From Thermoanaerobaculum sp. (GTDB taxonomy: Bacteria > Acidobacteriota > Thermoanaerobaculia > Multivoradales > UBA5704), in contig JAJKHS010000091.1 of NCBI GenBank assembly GCA_021154885.1, forward strand, positions 9,089 through 73,088: a stretch of DNA of 64,000 nucleotides, in the 5' to 3' direction. Positions 63,649 to 64,000 of the stretch are shown here, piece after piece. Every line of letters begins with the position of its first letter. The stretch's first letter is position 1. The notes under the pieces were generated by a model. The model did not search any database, was not told where the DNA came from, and saw only the letters and a list, made by a program, of their open reading frames with translations. Made by a program: the position numbers and the translations under genes.

Positions 63649-64000
63649 AGCCGGGCGGCGGCCGCAAGCTGCGTTTCGGGGTGATCGGGGCGGGGGCCTT
63701 TGCCGAGGCCTGCCACGTCCCCGGTCTGCTGAGCCACCCGCGGGCCGAGGTGGTGGCGATCTGCGGCCGGCACCGCGAGCGGGCCCAGGCGCTCGCCGGC
63801 CGCTTCGGCATCCCCGCCGTCCACACCGACCCGGGCGAGTTGGTCGCCCGGGACGACCTTGACGGGGTCACCCTCTGCACTCCCAACGCCGCGCACCGCG
63901 AGCAGGCCCTGCTCGCCTTCGCCCACGGCAAGCACGTCTTCTGCGAAAAACCGCTGGGGCTCTCGGTGGCCGAAGCCGAGGAGATGGCCCGCGCCGCCGA
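63645..64000 (+). CDS. Gfo/Idh/MocA family oxidoreductase (3-prime truncated by window edge)
   Basis: GTG start overlapping upstream stop; LRFGVIGAGAFAEACHVPGLL ... FCEKPLGLSVAEAEEMARAA. Confidence 0.7.
   Translation, partial: MKPGGGRKLRFGVIGAGAFAEACHVPGLLSHPRAEVVAICGRHRERAQALAGRFGIPAVHTDPGELVARDDLDGVTLCTPNAAHREQALLAFAHGKHVFCEKPLGLSVAEAEEMARAA

Overview
This is a high-GC (about 65-70%) chromosomal segment. An Acidobacteria-specific VWFA-related domain protein (61948..63648) suggests an acidobacterial origin. All calls below are by eye from the six-frame ORF track and the raw sequence; no database search was run.

Content by region:
- 1..20151, housekeeping: HMG-CoA reductase 3-prime end, two UbiB/ABC1 kinases, an AraC regulator, a giant ELWxxDGT-repeat protein with SLH domains, a patatin-like lipase, phasin and PhaR, a split ArsA-like ATPase pair, hemB, hemL, a ThiO-like oxidase, a ferredoxin, and dnaJ/cbpA-clpB with a HAIR (HspR-associated inverted repeat) operator.
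- 20241..28959, accessory island: a decayed relE/antitoxin cassette inserted at a duplicated clpB 3-prime end, a 1055-aa TPR-CHAT protein, an MNT with a truncated HepT, a second CHAT-TPR protein, and a low-GC membrane protein.
- 29803..30685: a secreted EndoU-like toxin/immunity candidate pair.
- 32724..34592: a CBS-domain protein and a PilT-family ATPase.
- 36638..39840: tandem FG-GAP surface proteins.
- 40194..45146, copper cluster: a multicopper oxidase, two cupredoxins, a YeaQ-family protein, a lipoprotein, and a Cys-rich secreted peptide.
- 45410..60999, glycan cluster: a deacetylase-GT2 fusion, a WbpE/B/D-like trio, two GT39/ArnT-like transferases, and a GNAT-aminotransferase fusion.

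Most notable non-obvious content:
1. Three tandem small genes (11575..12287) encode peptides with a conserved K-rich double-glycine leader and Cys/Thr/Ser-rich cores. They are candidate RiPP (lanthipeptide-like) precursors with no maturase in the window.
2. Two families of interspersed palindromic MITE/REP-like repeats (3 and 4 copies).
3. A 21-bp phased direct-then-inverted AGCCGCAAC array lies in a convergent intergenic gap (53060..53435).
4. A structured 600-bp spacer at 58700..59300.
5. A CHAT/TPR island containing a toxin-antitoxin remnant.

Many long ORFs antisense to real genes are high-GC artifacts and were rejected.
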